Notes: a model not told the origin generated them from the letters alone. Shown: positions 37,724 through 46,146, counted from the stretch's first letter. The stretch is DNA of 64,000 nucleotides from Planctomycetota bacterium (GCA_038060895.1 JBBTCT010000001.1:473917-537916), one strand, 5' to 3'. Program-made: numbers and translations.

Positions 37724-39143
37724 ATTCTTCTTCATCGGGCTTGGCCTTGTAGACCGTCCCGCCGCCACGGCCAGCACGTTTCTCCGCGAGGATCGTCCCG
37801 GTCCCGGCCAGCGCCTTGAGTTCGTCCCTGGAGTTGTTCTCGCTGCATCCGACCTTCTCCGCGACGTCCTTCGCCGTCCACGTCCCGGCCGGGTTCTCGG
37901 ACGTCATCGCCTTCAGCGCCGCCAGGATTCGCCCCCGGAGCCCGGCGGGGGTCGTCTCGGGCTCCACCTGCCAGACCGCGATGACGTCGAGGTCATAGGT
38001 CACCTTCCACCGAGTCGGCGGGGCGTCCTTCGAGTTCGACTCCAGCGCGAGCGTCTTCTCCCCCGTGCGGTCGAGGAGCAGCAGGGTATCGGCCAGTCCG
38101 CCGAGGACCGACGATCCCCGGGCCATGTCAGCGACGGAGCTTCCACCCTTCTCCCCCTTCCTCTTGTGATGCAGGAGAAGGATCGCGATCCCCGTCTCGT
38201 CCGCGACACGTCGCATGGAAGCGCACCACGGCTGCATCTGGGCGCTGGAGTTCTCGTCCTCCACGTCGGTCGTGTAGACGATCACGTCCACGATCAAGAG
38301 CAAGAACCCCTCGGCCTTCACCCACGCGATCAGCGCAGCCTCGTCGTCGGGGAGGGTGAAGGTCGGGGCGTTCTCGGAGCCCCAGATCGCGGGCAACTTT
38401 CTACCGGGAATCTGGCCCGCGTACTTCATCAAGCGCCGGGCGATGCGCTTCTTGCCGTCCTCGAAGTTCACGAGCCCGACGTGCCCGGCCGCGGGGATGG
38501 TGAAGGACCCGCCGGGCCAGACGCCGTTCTCGACGGCCAGGGCCAGCGCCGCCGCGAGCGAGGACTTCGCCCCCTTGGGCCCGGCGTACAGCATCGTCAC
38601 CTGCCCCTTCGCGAGGATCGGTTCCACGACCCATTCGAGCGGGAGGACCGCGAGGTCGAGGATTTCGCTGACCGGAACCGGCGGCCCCGGCGGCCAGCGC
38701 CGCACCGCGTTCGACTCACCCACCGTCAGCTTCGCGGCGTTCTCCACGTCCTCGATTCCCCTGGCCCGGTCCCGGGCAAGCGCCTCGACTCTCCTGCTCT
38801 TCTCGATGTGCGCCCGGCGCACGGCCATCTCGTTGACGGTCGTCGCGTGGAAGTCCACGTTCGCCGACGTGGGGACCGCTCCCTGCACTTCGAGGATGTA
38901 CTCCGGCCCCCCGGCATCCGCGAGCGTCCCTTGCCGCTCCAATTCCGTGCGGAGGGCGACGGCCTCGACCTCGATGCCCTTCCGGCGAAGGGCGTCGATG
39001 CCCGCGCAGATGCGCTGATGGCGGCCACAGTAGAACGCCCCGGGTGGAAGGGCCCTGGGTCCCGGGTCCGCGCCGAGCAGGAGGGAGCCGAGGTAGCACT
39101 TCTCCGCGTCTAGGTCGTGTGGAGGCGGTTCAGGGATGTTCAC
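37722..39143 (-). CDS. Replication protein: DnaB N-terminal domain + AAA_25/RepA-type SF4 helicase + C-terminal wHTH
   Basis: PPHDLDAEKCYLGSLL, FY...HQRI and VPTSANV (DnaB_N); AGPKGAKSS, LLIVD, LLHH and RGSS (AAA_25); WTAKDVAEKVGCS (wHTH). Confidence 0.85.
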   Translation of the reverse strand: MNIPEPPPHDLDAEKCYLGSLLLGADPGPRALPPGAFYCGRHQRICAGIDALRRKGIEVEAVALRTELERQGTLADAGGPEYILEVQGAVPTSANVDFHATTVNEMAVRRAHIEKSRRVEALARDRARGIEDVENAAKLTVGESNAVRRWPPGPPVPVSEILDLAVLPLEWVVEPILAKGQVTMLYAGPKGAKSSLAAALALAVENGVWPGGSFTIPAAGHVGLVNFEDGKKRIARRLMKYAGQIPGRKLPAIWGSENAPTFTLPDDEAALIAWVKAEGFLLLIVDVIVYTTDVEDENSSAQMQPWCASMRRVADETGIAILLLHHKRKGEKGGSSVADMARGSSVLGGLADTLLLLDRTGEKTLALESNSKDAPPTRWKVTYDLDVIAVWQVEPETTPAGLRGRILAALKAMTSENPAGTWTAKDVAEKVGCSENNSRDELKALAGTGTILAEKRAGRGGGTVYKAKPDEEE

Positions 39144-39331
39144 GGCTGCGCCTCCTTGCGGAGCCAGTCCGTCAGCCGGGCCATGTCGAGCCGGATCGTG
39201 CGGCGGCCCATCCTGGCGATGCAGGATGCGGGGATCGAGCCGCGCCGAATCGCCTTCCGGAGCGCGTCGGGAGTCATGTCGAGCAATGGCGCGGCGGACT
39301 TGATCGAGGCGAACTTAAGTGCCGCGTTCAT
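39140..39331 (-). CDS. Xis/MerR-like small HTH protein
   Basis: SIKSAAPLLDMTPDALRKAIRRGSIP...RMGRRTIRLD; overlaps both neighbours. Confidence 0.7.
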   Translation of the reverse strand: MNAALKFASIKSAAPLLDMTPDALRKAIRRGSIPASCIARMGRRTIRLDMARLTDWLRKEAQP

Positions 39332-39543
39332 GACCGCTCCCCCGCGCTGCGCCGGGCCTCCTCAGCGAGCAGGGCGCGAACCTGCGAGACCGTCTCCGGG
39401 CTCCACGCCAGCGAGTTGCCGACGTGAAACGGCGCGTGTATGCGGTCGGGATACTGCTCCCGGAGCCTGGTCAGGACGTTCCGGGAAACGCCTGCCCTCT
39501 GGCAGAGGTCGCGGGTCGGGACGGGCGAAGCATCGTTGTTCAT
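39328..39543 (-). CDS. AlpA/MerR-like small HTH protein
   Basis: TRDLCQRAGVSRNVLTRL...P...VGNSLAWS pattern; SD AGGAGG. Confidence 0.65.
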   Translation of the reverse strand: MNNDASPVPTRDLCQRAGVSRNVLTRLREQYPDRIHAPFHVGNSLAWSPETVSQVRALLAEEARRSAGERS

Positions 39544-39644
39544 GGGGTAGCCTCCTACCCCAACACGCCGTGTTCCTTCGATTCCTTGCTAGGGAAGGAA
39601 TCGCCCTAGGTGGAGGTTCTCAAGGAATTGCTTCCGCATTCCTT
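39544..39644. promoter_or_regulatory. Operator array (five RTTCCTT/AAGGAAT sites) and RBS hairpin
   Basis: GTTCCTT 39572, ATTCCTT 39581, AAGGAAT 39595, AAGGAAT 39622, ATTCCTT 39638; hairpin GGGGTAG/CTACCCC at 39544-39561. Confidence 0.5.
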
Positions 39645-40537
39645 CACCACTTTTCGCGAGCGTCGCCGGGCCCCCGCTTCCCACGCTTCGGCATGTCAAC
39701 GTCGCCAGCCGCCTTACGTCCGGCGTCCAGCTGCTCCCTCTGTCTCTGGAGGTACCGACTGAACGTCGAGCGCGAAATCCCGGCCGCCGCCGCGCATTCC
39801 CCGTCCGGACGGTTCGGGTCCTTGCTCTTGTAGTCGAGCGCGACCAGGCAAAGGCGGTCCGTTTCGTCCGTGGTACGGCGCTTCCGCCGCCGCGGTTTCC
39901 CCTCGATGTCCGGCACGACGATGGACCCCGGCTTCAGCGTGCTGGGTTCGTGCGGCGGCAGGAGGTCAATCGGGAATTGCGGTCCGGGAATGGCACCGCT
40001 CAGGATGCCGTCGGCAAGTTCGTGCGCCTTCCGTTCGGCCTCAGCCGTCGCGATACCGTCTTCCGCGTACCCGAGGATCTCGAAGAGCTTCGGGAACAGC
40101 GACGACTTCGCCAACCTCACTTTCTGCCCGGTGTATCTCGGATCGCGTACCATGTCCGGCCAGCTGGTGGTGAGAGCGGCGAACGCGACGGCGGCCTTCC
40201 ACCGGGTCGGCGTCGGGAACCGCTCGTTCACGAAGAGGTTCGCGAGAGCCTCAAGGACACGCCAACGGGTGTCTCGATGGTCCGGACGGCACTCCGGTCC
40301 TCCCAGGAGGAGCCAGTGCTGCAACGCCCCACACGCTTCGGCGCAGAGCGACCTGCTGCCCATCGTCCGCAGGACTTGCGCATGGATGGAGTGAAGCAGT
40401 CTCATCGCATCCTGCACGCCGCTCGGGACGGTCAGGTTGCGGAACGACTTCGGCCCGTTGATGGCGTGAGGCTGCTTCAGCTGCGCGTCCAGCTGGTTAC
40501 AGCCACGCCAGAGCATCTCGTCGAACTCCGTCCTCAT
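39644..40537 (-). CDS. Hypothetical regulator with C-terminal HTH
   Basis: ECAAAAGISRSTFSRYL HTH near the C-terminus; SD GGAGGT upstream. Confidence 0.65.
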   Translation of the reverse strand: MRTEFDEMLWRGCNQLDAQLKQPHAINGPKSFRNLTVPSGVQDAMRLLHSIHAQVLRTMGSRSLCAEACGALQHWLLLGGPECRPDHRDTRWRVLEALANLFVNERFPTPTRWKAAVAFAALTTSWPDMVRDPRYTGQKVRLAKSSLFPKLFEILGYAEDGIATAEAERKAHELADGILSGAIPGPQFPIDLLPPHEPSTLKPGSIVVPDIEGKPRRRKRRTTDETDRLCLVALDYKSKDPNRPDGECAAAAGISRSTFSRYLQRQREQLDAGRKAAGDVDMPKRGKRGPGDAREKW

Positions 40538-40652
40538 GTCGGCGGCCCACCTCCACAAAAGTGCGGCTCGGGAGGCGAGGTCGAGTCGGCGTCCCGTCGC
40601 GCTAAGTTCGCGAGTTTCGCCCGCTGCACGCGTTCCCCCCTACGGAAAAGTT

Positions 40653-40671
40653 TGTGCCGTACTTGTGCCAT
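40653..40671 (+). repeat. Putative integrase arm-type site (right)
   Basis: Exact copy of 27834-27852, 127 nt inside attR. Confidence 0.7.
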
Positions 40672-40798
40672 CCTGCGAGTCCGCGACGGTCCGCGCCGCT
40701 CCAGTCTGGGCCCGATCAAGGCAGAAATAAGACGGGCCGCTAGAGGGAAGAATCCTCCAGCGGCCCGCGTGGTACTGTCTGGGCCTACCTTCGAGCCC

Positions 40799-40843
40799 GA
40801 CTCATAATCTCCTGGTTCCTGGTTCGAGTCCAGGCGGGCCCAT
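40799..40843 (+). repeat. attR (duplicated tRNA 3' half)
   Basis: 45-bp identity with 27744-27788; lacks the tRNA 5' half. Confidence 0.95.
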
Positions 40844-40857
40844 GCGATAAACCCTGC

Positions 40858-41349
40858 ATGACAGATCCCCGACCCGCTGACGGATCTCCCTCCTCGCGAC
40901 CGGCCGAGACGGCCGGCCTCAGGGCGCTGGTCGTGATCCCGATCCTCGTTGTCCTCCTCGCAGGCGGCACGTTTGCGATCTTCGGGTACTACGCGTGGTC
41001 GGGCCACACGCGCGACACGCCTTCTTCCGATGAACTCGAGAGGATCACGGTGCTTCGGGGCGCGATCCTGGCCTATGCCGAGGAGCGCGGAGCGTTGCCA
41101 CCGGGCCCGAGCTCGGCGCTGGTGCGCGCGCTGGCGACGCCATCGAAGCGCGGGGCCCCGTATCTCCAGATCCCGGCGCATGCCCTGACCGCGTCGGGGG
41201 ACCTGCTCGACGGGTGGGGCTCCCCCGTGTGCTACCGCGTCGTGCCCGTGTCGTCCTCGCCCGGCAGCCGGGGGTTCGAGCTGTATTCCTTCGGCCCCAA
41301 CAAGAAGGACGAGGGCGGCGCGGGGGACGACGTCTGCGTCGAGGATTGA
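40858..41349 (+). CDS. GspG/T2SS pseudopilin-like domain protein
   Basis: N-terminal TM; LLDGWGSPVCY...FELYSFGPNKKDEGGAGDDV GspG C-terminal motif; no prepilin GFxxxE site. Confidence 0.7.
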   Translation: MTDPRPADGSPSSRPAETAGLRALVVIPILVVLLAGGTFAIFGYYAWSGHTRDTPSSDELERITVLRGAILAYAEERGALPPGPSSALVRALATPSKRGAPYLQIPAHALTASGDLLDGWGSPVCYRVVPVSSSPGSRGFELYSFGPNKKDEGGAGDDVCVED

Positions 41350-41436
41350 TGCTCGCGGTCCGCTGGACGTCTCTGCTGACGTGGAATTCTCCCGTCGGAC
41401 CGGTCCCGACATCCCTGCGGGCCATGCCATGGGCGC

Positions 41437-41970
41437 TCACCTCGGAAACTGTGTCAGCACAACGATCGCCCAGAGTCCGAGGACCGATGCGCCGACCAGC
41501 GACAGGCCCAGCAAGACGGCGAAGCCGATTCCGGAGGCCAGGTTGCCCGCGAGTGAGCCGGCGAGCGCCGGGGCGACGGACCGGCGCGGTGCGAACGATC
41601 CGCCGGCGAGTCTGGCATTGCCGAAGTAGCCGCGGCGGGCGAGGACAGACCAGCGCGTGGGGAAGAAGTTGGGCGGGGCCTGCCGGCACGCCGGGGCGAC
41701 GGCGGACGGGGGCGGCGAGATCGCGGGAACGGGGTGCGGGAAGAGCGGGGTGAAAACGGCCGTGTCGTCGGCGGGATTGGAATGCCGGCGCGGGCCGGGG
41801 ACGACGGCGTCGTGGCTGGCGGCGGGGCCGATGCTGGCGTCGGGGTCGGAATCGATTTCCATGGTGAGGACGACGGCGGCGCAGCGGGGGCAGCGACCCT
41901 GGCTACCGTGAGGGGCTTTGGAATAGCGGATTTTCTGACGGCAGCCGGGGCAGCGGACCTTGATCGCCAT
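41437..41970 (-). CDS. Zinc-ribbon membrane protein
   Basis: CPGC...CPRC N-terminus, Pro-rich linker, C-terminal TM; SD AAGAGGT. Confidence 0.65.
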   Translation of the reverse strand: MAIKVRCPGCRQKIRYSKAPHGSQGRCPRCAAVVLTMEIDSDPDASIGPAASHDAVVPGPRRHSNPADDTAVFTPLFPHPVPAISPPPSAVAPACRQAPPNFFPTRWSVLARRGYFGNARLAGGSFAPRRSVAPALAGSLAGNLASGIGFAVLLGLSLVGASVLGLWAIVVLTQFPR

Positions 41971-41984
41971 GGGGCACCTCTTTA

Positions 41985-42033
41985 GTGAGTGAACGTTCAC
42001 TCACATTTTACGCCGCTACGGAGTGAGTGTCAA
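41985..42033 (-). promoter_or_regulatory. Consensus sigma70 promoter with a perfect 20-bp palindromic operator
   Basis: TTGACA(42033-42028)-17 nt-TAAAAT(42010-42005), followed by GTGAGTGAACGTTCACTCAC (41985-42004). Confidence 0.8.
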
Positions 42034-42068
42034 GCCTCCCCTGGAGATTTCCGGGCTCGGCCCCCGTC

Positions 42069-42680
42069 CTACTTCGTCCCCGCCGGAGCATCCCATCCCG
42101 TCGGACCGAGGAACCCCGGAGGGCCCTTGAGGAACGGGGAGTCCTTCGGGAAGTTCTCGACGCGCCCATCGAGGAAAAGCACGTTCACATCGCCATCGAG
42201 GTGATTGGAAGTCAACGCCAACTGGTCGCACGCGACGGGGAGATCCCCGGGCGAACTCTTCAGGTCGGCGGAGGTCATGAAGGTATAGGCCTTACCTCCG
42301 AATTCCGGGCGAGAAGAGGCCCAGGTGCCTCCGCGAACGACGCCCCAGTAATGGGTGCCGGTCCCTGCCTTGCCAACATGGGGGCAGCGAAAGAGATTTC
42401 CGTCAGTCGCCATGTCGGCTCGCCAGAGCGACGAGAACCAGGTGCCGCTCCCGGTTCCGAACGGCGGGTAGGAGCCGAACTTGTTCTCATAGAGCTTGAG
42501 GTAGATACCGATCTGCTTGAGGGAGTTCTTGCAGTGGCTCCCGCCGCCGCCGACGCCGCGTACCCTGGCGAGGGCCCCAAGCACCAACGCGGCGAGCACG
42601 ATCACGATCGCGATCAGGATGACCGATTCCAGAAGCGTGAGCCCGCTTCCGCGAGAAGAGCATTGGCCTCCCCGCTTCAT
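42069..42680 (-). CDS. Prepilin-type N-terminal cleavage protein with H-X9-DG motif (DUF1559-like)
   Basis: GLTLLESVILIAIVIVLAAL, CKNSLKQIG, FRCP and NHLDGDVNVLFLDGRVE motifs. Confidence 0.85.
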   Translation of the reverse strand: MKRGGQCSSRGSGLTLLESVILIAIVIVLAALVLGALARVRGVGGGGSHCKNSLKQIGIYLKLYENKFGSYPPFGTGSGTWFSSLWRADMATDGNLFRCPHVGKAGTGTHYWGVVRGGTWASSRPEFGGKAYTFMTSADLKSSPGDLPVACDQLALTSNHLDGDVNVLFLDGRVENFPKDSPFLKGPPGFLGPTGWDAPAGTK

Positions 42681-43981
42681 ACCGGCCTGCTCATCACCCC
42701 TTCAAACGTCCGCAGCGTCCGGTTCTCATCCTTGCCGTCGTAGAACTCTTCCCAAAGGTACTGGAACCCCTCGAGCAGCCTCTCCGGGCTCATCAGCTTC
42801 GGCTGGTACACCACGTTCCCCGTGTTCCACAGGTCGTAGTTCCGGTGCAGGATCCGCTTCTCTACCTCCAGCCTCTGCCCGAACGGCGTGCCGGGGAAGG
42901 GCGTCTCGATGTAGAACTCGGCGAGGTCGATGCCGGCCTCGCGGCAGAACTGGATGATGCGCTCGAAGACGCCCTCGTCTTGGTCGTCGGAGCCGACGCC
43001 GAAGGAGCCGAAGAAGTGAATGCCCGCGTCCTCGATCATGCGGACGAGGTCAATGCCCTCCTGCCATTCCTTCGGCGTGCACTCCTTGCTGAGCAGCGCG
43101 CGGGAGAGGCGGTCGAAACCGAAGACCGTGTACATCGACGACGTGCCGCCGCGCTTGAGCTTCCGGTAGTACTCGGGGTCCGGGAACATCATCATCGTCG
43201 AGGCGAGGAAGATGCTCAGCCCCTTGCCGGCCGTCGCTTCCATCAGGCTCATCAGGTACGGGAGAATGCGCCGCTTGTTCGGGAGCATGACCGTGTCGTC
43301 GATGATGTAGAACTGCTTGAAGGGCATCGCGTCGATGTCTTCGATCATCTTGTCGATGGGGCGGAAGCGGATATCGAGGCCTTCCTTGAGCGGGATCGGG
43401 CAGCCGGTGCAGCGGACGGGGCAGCCGCGCGTGGCGAGGACGAGGTGGGCGCTCCAGCTGTAGTTGTCGCCTTCGAAGATGCTGCGTCTCGGAATCGGAA
43501 GCCGTGCGAGGTCGTACTCCCCCACCGGCTTGTAGACCTTCTTCAGCGTCTCGGCCTTCGTGTCCGCAAGGATCGCGTCCCACACCGGCTCGACTTCGCC
43601 GACGCAGACGGAGTCGGCGTGGAGAAGCGCTTCGTCCGGCAGGCAGCTCGGGTGAATCCCGCCCATGATGACCTTCGTGCCGCGGCGGCGGAATTCGTCG
43701 GCGATGGCGTAGGCGCGGGCGGCTTGCGGCGTGAAGAAACTGAGCGCGACGAGGTCGGGCTTCTCGTCGTAATCGATCGGCTGGCCGATGTTGTCGTCCG
43801 TGAGGTTGACTTCGATCTCGGGAGGCGTCAGCGCGGCGATCAGCGGCAGTCCCAGCGGCGGCGGCATCGTGTAGTTGCCGACCTGGTGTTTCTGGATGAG
43901 CGGCTTGAGCCGTTCGTGGCCTTCCAGAAACTTCTGGAAGCGCGGGTAGATCAGTCGCAGCTTCAGGTCGTGCGAAACCAT
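42677..43981 (-). CDS. B12-binding radical SAM protein
   Basis: PLGLPLIAALTP and GGIHPS (B12 domain); RGCPVRCTGC (CxxxCxxC); TPFPGTP. Confidence 0.9.
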   Translation of the reverse strand: MVSHDLKLRLIYPRFQKFLEGHERLKPLIQKHQVGNYTMPPPLGLPLIAALTPPEIEVNLTDDNIGQPIDYDEKPDLVALSFFTPQAARAYAIADEFRRRGTKVIMGGIHPSCLPDEALLHADSVCVGEVEPVWDAILADTKAETLKKVYKPVGEYDLARLPIPRRSIFEGDNYSWSAHLVLATRGCPVRCTGCPIPLKEGLDIRFRPIDKMIEDIDAMPFKQFYIIDDTVMLPNKRRILPYLMSLMEATAGKGLSIFLASTMMMFPDPEYYRKLKRGGTSSMYTVFGFDRLSRALLSKECTPKEWQEGIDLVRMIEDAGIHFFGSFGVGSDDQDEGVFERIIQFCREAGIDLAEFYIETPFPGTPFGQRLEVEKRILHRNYDLWNTGNVVYQPKLMSPERLLEGFQYLWEEFYDGKDENRTLRTFEGVMSRPV

Positions 43982-44112
43982 GGTCTCCGCCCCAAGGAAC
44001 CACCGGTTGGCCGCGGACTCCCCGAATCCCGCGGATGGACTGCCCGGAGAATACCGTAATTCCGGGCCGGGCGAAGCGCGCGATGGAATTCAACGGCCTA
44101 TAATTGACCGGC

Positions 44113-44580
44113 ATGACGGACGCGAATACTCCCGCGGAAGTTCCTGGCGAAGCGGCGACGGGGCAGCCCCGCCCGATTCTCCCGATTGGCCTGATGGCCC
44201 TGGTCCTCGGGCCGATCGTGATCGGGCTGCTCCTGGTGTGTCTTCTCGTCACCATCCTGTGGCTCGGCGGAAAGAGATGGAATGAATCACACGAACGGTC
44301 GGCGTCACAGGCCAGCCTTCAATATTTGTGTGTTTCGCTGAAAACGTATGAGGCCAGCTTCGGCGTCTACCCTCCTGCGCTCAATACGGCAGTGTTCGAC
44401 TCCCTGCAGAACATCTCTCGCCCGCCACTATCGCCCTCCGGAGAATTCCTCGATCACTGGGGCAGACCCTGGGTGTACAAGTACAGGAAGGAAACGGATC
44501 GCACGTTCCGGCTCTATTCCATCGGCCCGAATGGAGTCGATGAGGACGGAAAGGGAGACGACATTTCGGTTGAACATTGA
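44113..44580 (+). CDS. GspG/T2SS pseudopilin-like domain protein (paralog)
   Basis: Long TM; GVYP; FLDHWGRPWVY...FRLYSIGPNGVDEDGKGDDI; TATAAT 8 nt before the ATG. Confidence 0.7.
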   Translation: MTDANTPAEVPGEAATGQPRPILPIGLMALVLGPIVIGLLLVCLLVTILWLGGKRWNESHERSASQASLQYLCVSLKTYEASFGVYPPALNTAVFDSLQNISRPPLSPSGEFLDHWGRPWVYKYRKETDRTFRLYSIGPNGVDEDGKGDDISVEH

Positions 44581-44639
44581 CTTCGGCGCGGCTCGACCAG
44601 GCGCGCTGCCTGACCTGCGTCAATCTGTTGATCTCCGTC

Positions 44640-44971
44640 CGCCCGGTGTCTCCTGAGCACCTCGTAGAGCATCACACCTGCCGCGACACCGACGTTCAGG
44701 GAGTCGGCGCGTCATACGATCGGGAGGCGTGCGATTTGAGTGCATGCTCCGCCTTCTTCATCTGCCGGACGCGCTTCGCCGCGAACGAATTCGTCAGCAG
44801 CACTTCGCTCGGGACGATTGTGTGGAACTCGATCCCGGCGTCGCGCGCGTGCAGCACGCTGCGCACTCCCTCGACAAAGTGCAGCCCGCTGCGCTCGCGC
44901 TCGGGCCTCCGTCCCAGGTTCCTGATCCAGCCCAGCCATTCACGACGGCACGACGCTTCCGGTGTTTTCAT
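44640..44971 (-). pseudogene. TrmH/SpoU RNA methyltransferase remnant (internal deletion, frameshift, nonsense codon)
   Basis: N-terminal RERSGLHFVEGVR in one frame; C-terminal CTQIARLPIV*RADSLNVGVAAGVMLYEVLR in another frame with TGA at 44712-44714; the middle of the gene is missing. Confidence 0.8.
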
Positions 44972-45081
44972 TCTCCTGCCGCCAAGGCGGCGTTGCGAAG
45001 GGACGCTTCGGGGTGCCCCCGTGAATCGGACGCCCGAAGACCGAAGTCCGGGCACTTAACCAGAACCGCTACACTCTTCGC

Positions 45082-46125
45082 ATGGCGTCACCCTTCCTCC
45101 TCTATGGCGCGACCGGGTTCACGGGCCGCCTCGTCGCGGCGCGCGCGGTGGAGCTCGGGATGCAGCCGGTCGTGGCCGGGCGGAACGCGAAGGCAGTGGA
45201 AGCGCTGGCGCAGTCGCTGCTCTTGCCGCACGCGGTGTTCGCGCTCGAGGACGCGGCGATGATGGACGCGGCGCTCGAGGAGACGGGGCTGGTCCTGAAC
45301 TGCGCGGGGCCGTTCTCGAAGACGGCGATGCCGATGGTGGAGGGGTGCCTGCGCGCGCGGCGGCACTACGTAGACATCACGGGGGAGATCGACGTCTTCG
45401 AGAAGATCTTTGAGCGGCACAACGCCGCGACCGCGGCGGGAATCACGCTGCTGCCGGGCGCCGGTTTCGACGTCGTGCCGAGCGACTGCCTGGCGCGGCA
45501 CCTGAAGAAGCGGCTTCCGTCGGCGACGAAGCTGACGCTCGCGTTCCGCGCGAATACGAAGCTGTCGCCCGGGACCGCCCGCACGCTGCTCGAGCGGATG
45601 CACGAACCCGGCATGGTCCGCCGCGGCGGCGTTCTCACGCCCATCACTGCGGGGTCGCTCGTGCGCGACATCGATGCCGGTCACGGCGATCGCTTCCCCG
45701 CCATGGCCATCCCGTGGGGCGATCTCGCGACCGCGTGGCGCAGCACGCGCATCCCGGACATCGAGACGTTTGCGGCAACGACGGGGGCGACGCGCTTCGG
45801 GCTGAAACTGTCGCGCATCCCCGTGATGTCCTCGCTCCTGCGCGCCTTCATCCGCTTCACGTCGACGGGCCCTTCCGCTTCGACGCGCAAAACCGCGCGC
45901 GCGCTGCTCTGGGGCGAAGTCTCCGACGCCGGCGGGCGGCACGCGGCCACGCGGCTGGAGACGCCGGAGCCTTACGCGCTCACGGTCGAAGCGTCGCTCG
46001 CGGCGGTGAAGAAGCTGCTCGCCGGGGATGCAGCAACCGGGGCGCAGACGCCCGCCATGGCGTTCGGGAGCGAGTTCGTAATGGGGATCGCGGGAGTGAA
46101 GCGGGAGGATCTGGGTGGGGTATAG
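45082..46125 (+). CDS. Saccharopine dehydrogenase-like oxidoreductase
   Basis: LYGATGFTG, AGRN, NCAGPF, HYVDITGE and GFDVVPSD motifs. Confidence 0.9.
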   Translation: MASPFLLYGATGFTGRLVAARAVELGMQPVVAGRNAKAVEALAQSLLLPHAVFALEDAAMMDAALEETGLVLNCAGPFSKTAMPMVEGCLRARRHYVDITGEIDVFEKIFERHNAATAAGITLLPGAGFDVVPSDCLARHLKKRLPSATKLTLAFRANTKLSPGTARTLLERMHEPGMVRRGGVLTPITAGSLVRDIDAGHGDRFPAMAIPWGDLATAWRSTRIPDIETFAATTGATRFGLKLSRIPVMSSLLRAFIRFTSTGPSASTRKTARALLWGEVSDAGGRHAATRLETPEPYALTVEASLAAVKKLLAGDAATGAQTPAMAFGSEFVMGIAGVKREDLGGV

Positions 46126-46146
46126 TTGGAAATCGAAGAACACTTC

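Larger units (their letters stand above)
27789..40843. mobile_element. 13-kb tRNA-integrated element (satellite/PICI-like or IME-like genomic island)
   Basis: Exact 45-bp att duplication; integrase next to attL; replication helicase and HTH genes; visibly lower-GC cargo; no capsid, terminase, relaxase or T4SS genes recognised. Confidence 0.93.

Noticed and set aside
40799-40843. Second tRNA gene
   Set aside because: Only the anticodon loop to 3' end is present, with no D-arm or 5' acceptor strand. It is attR.
27789-40843. Prophage or conjugative ICE
   Set aside because: No terminase, portal, capsid, tail, lysis, relaxase or T4SS genes are recognisable.
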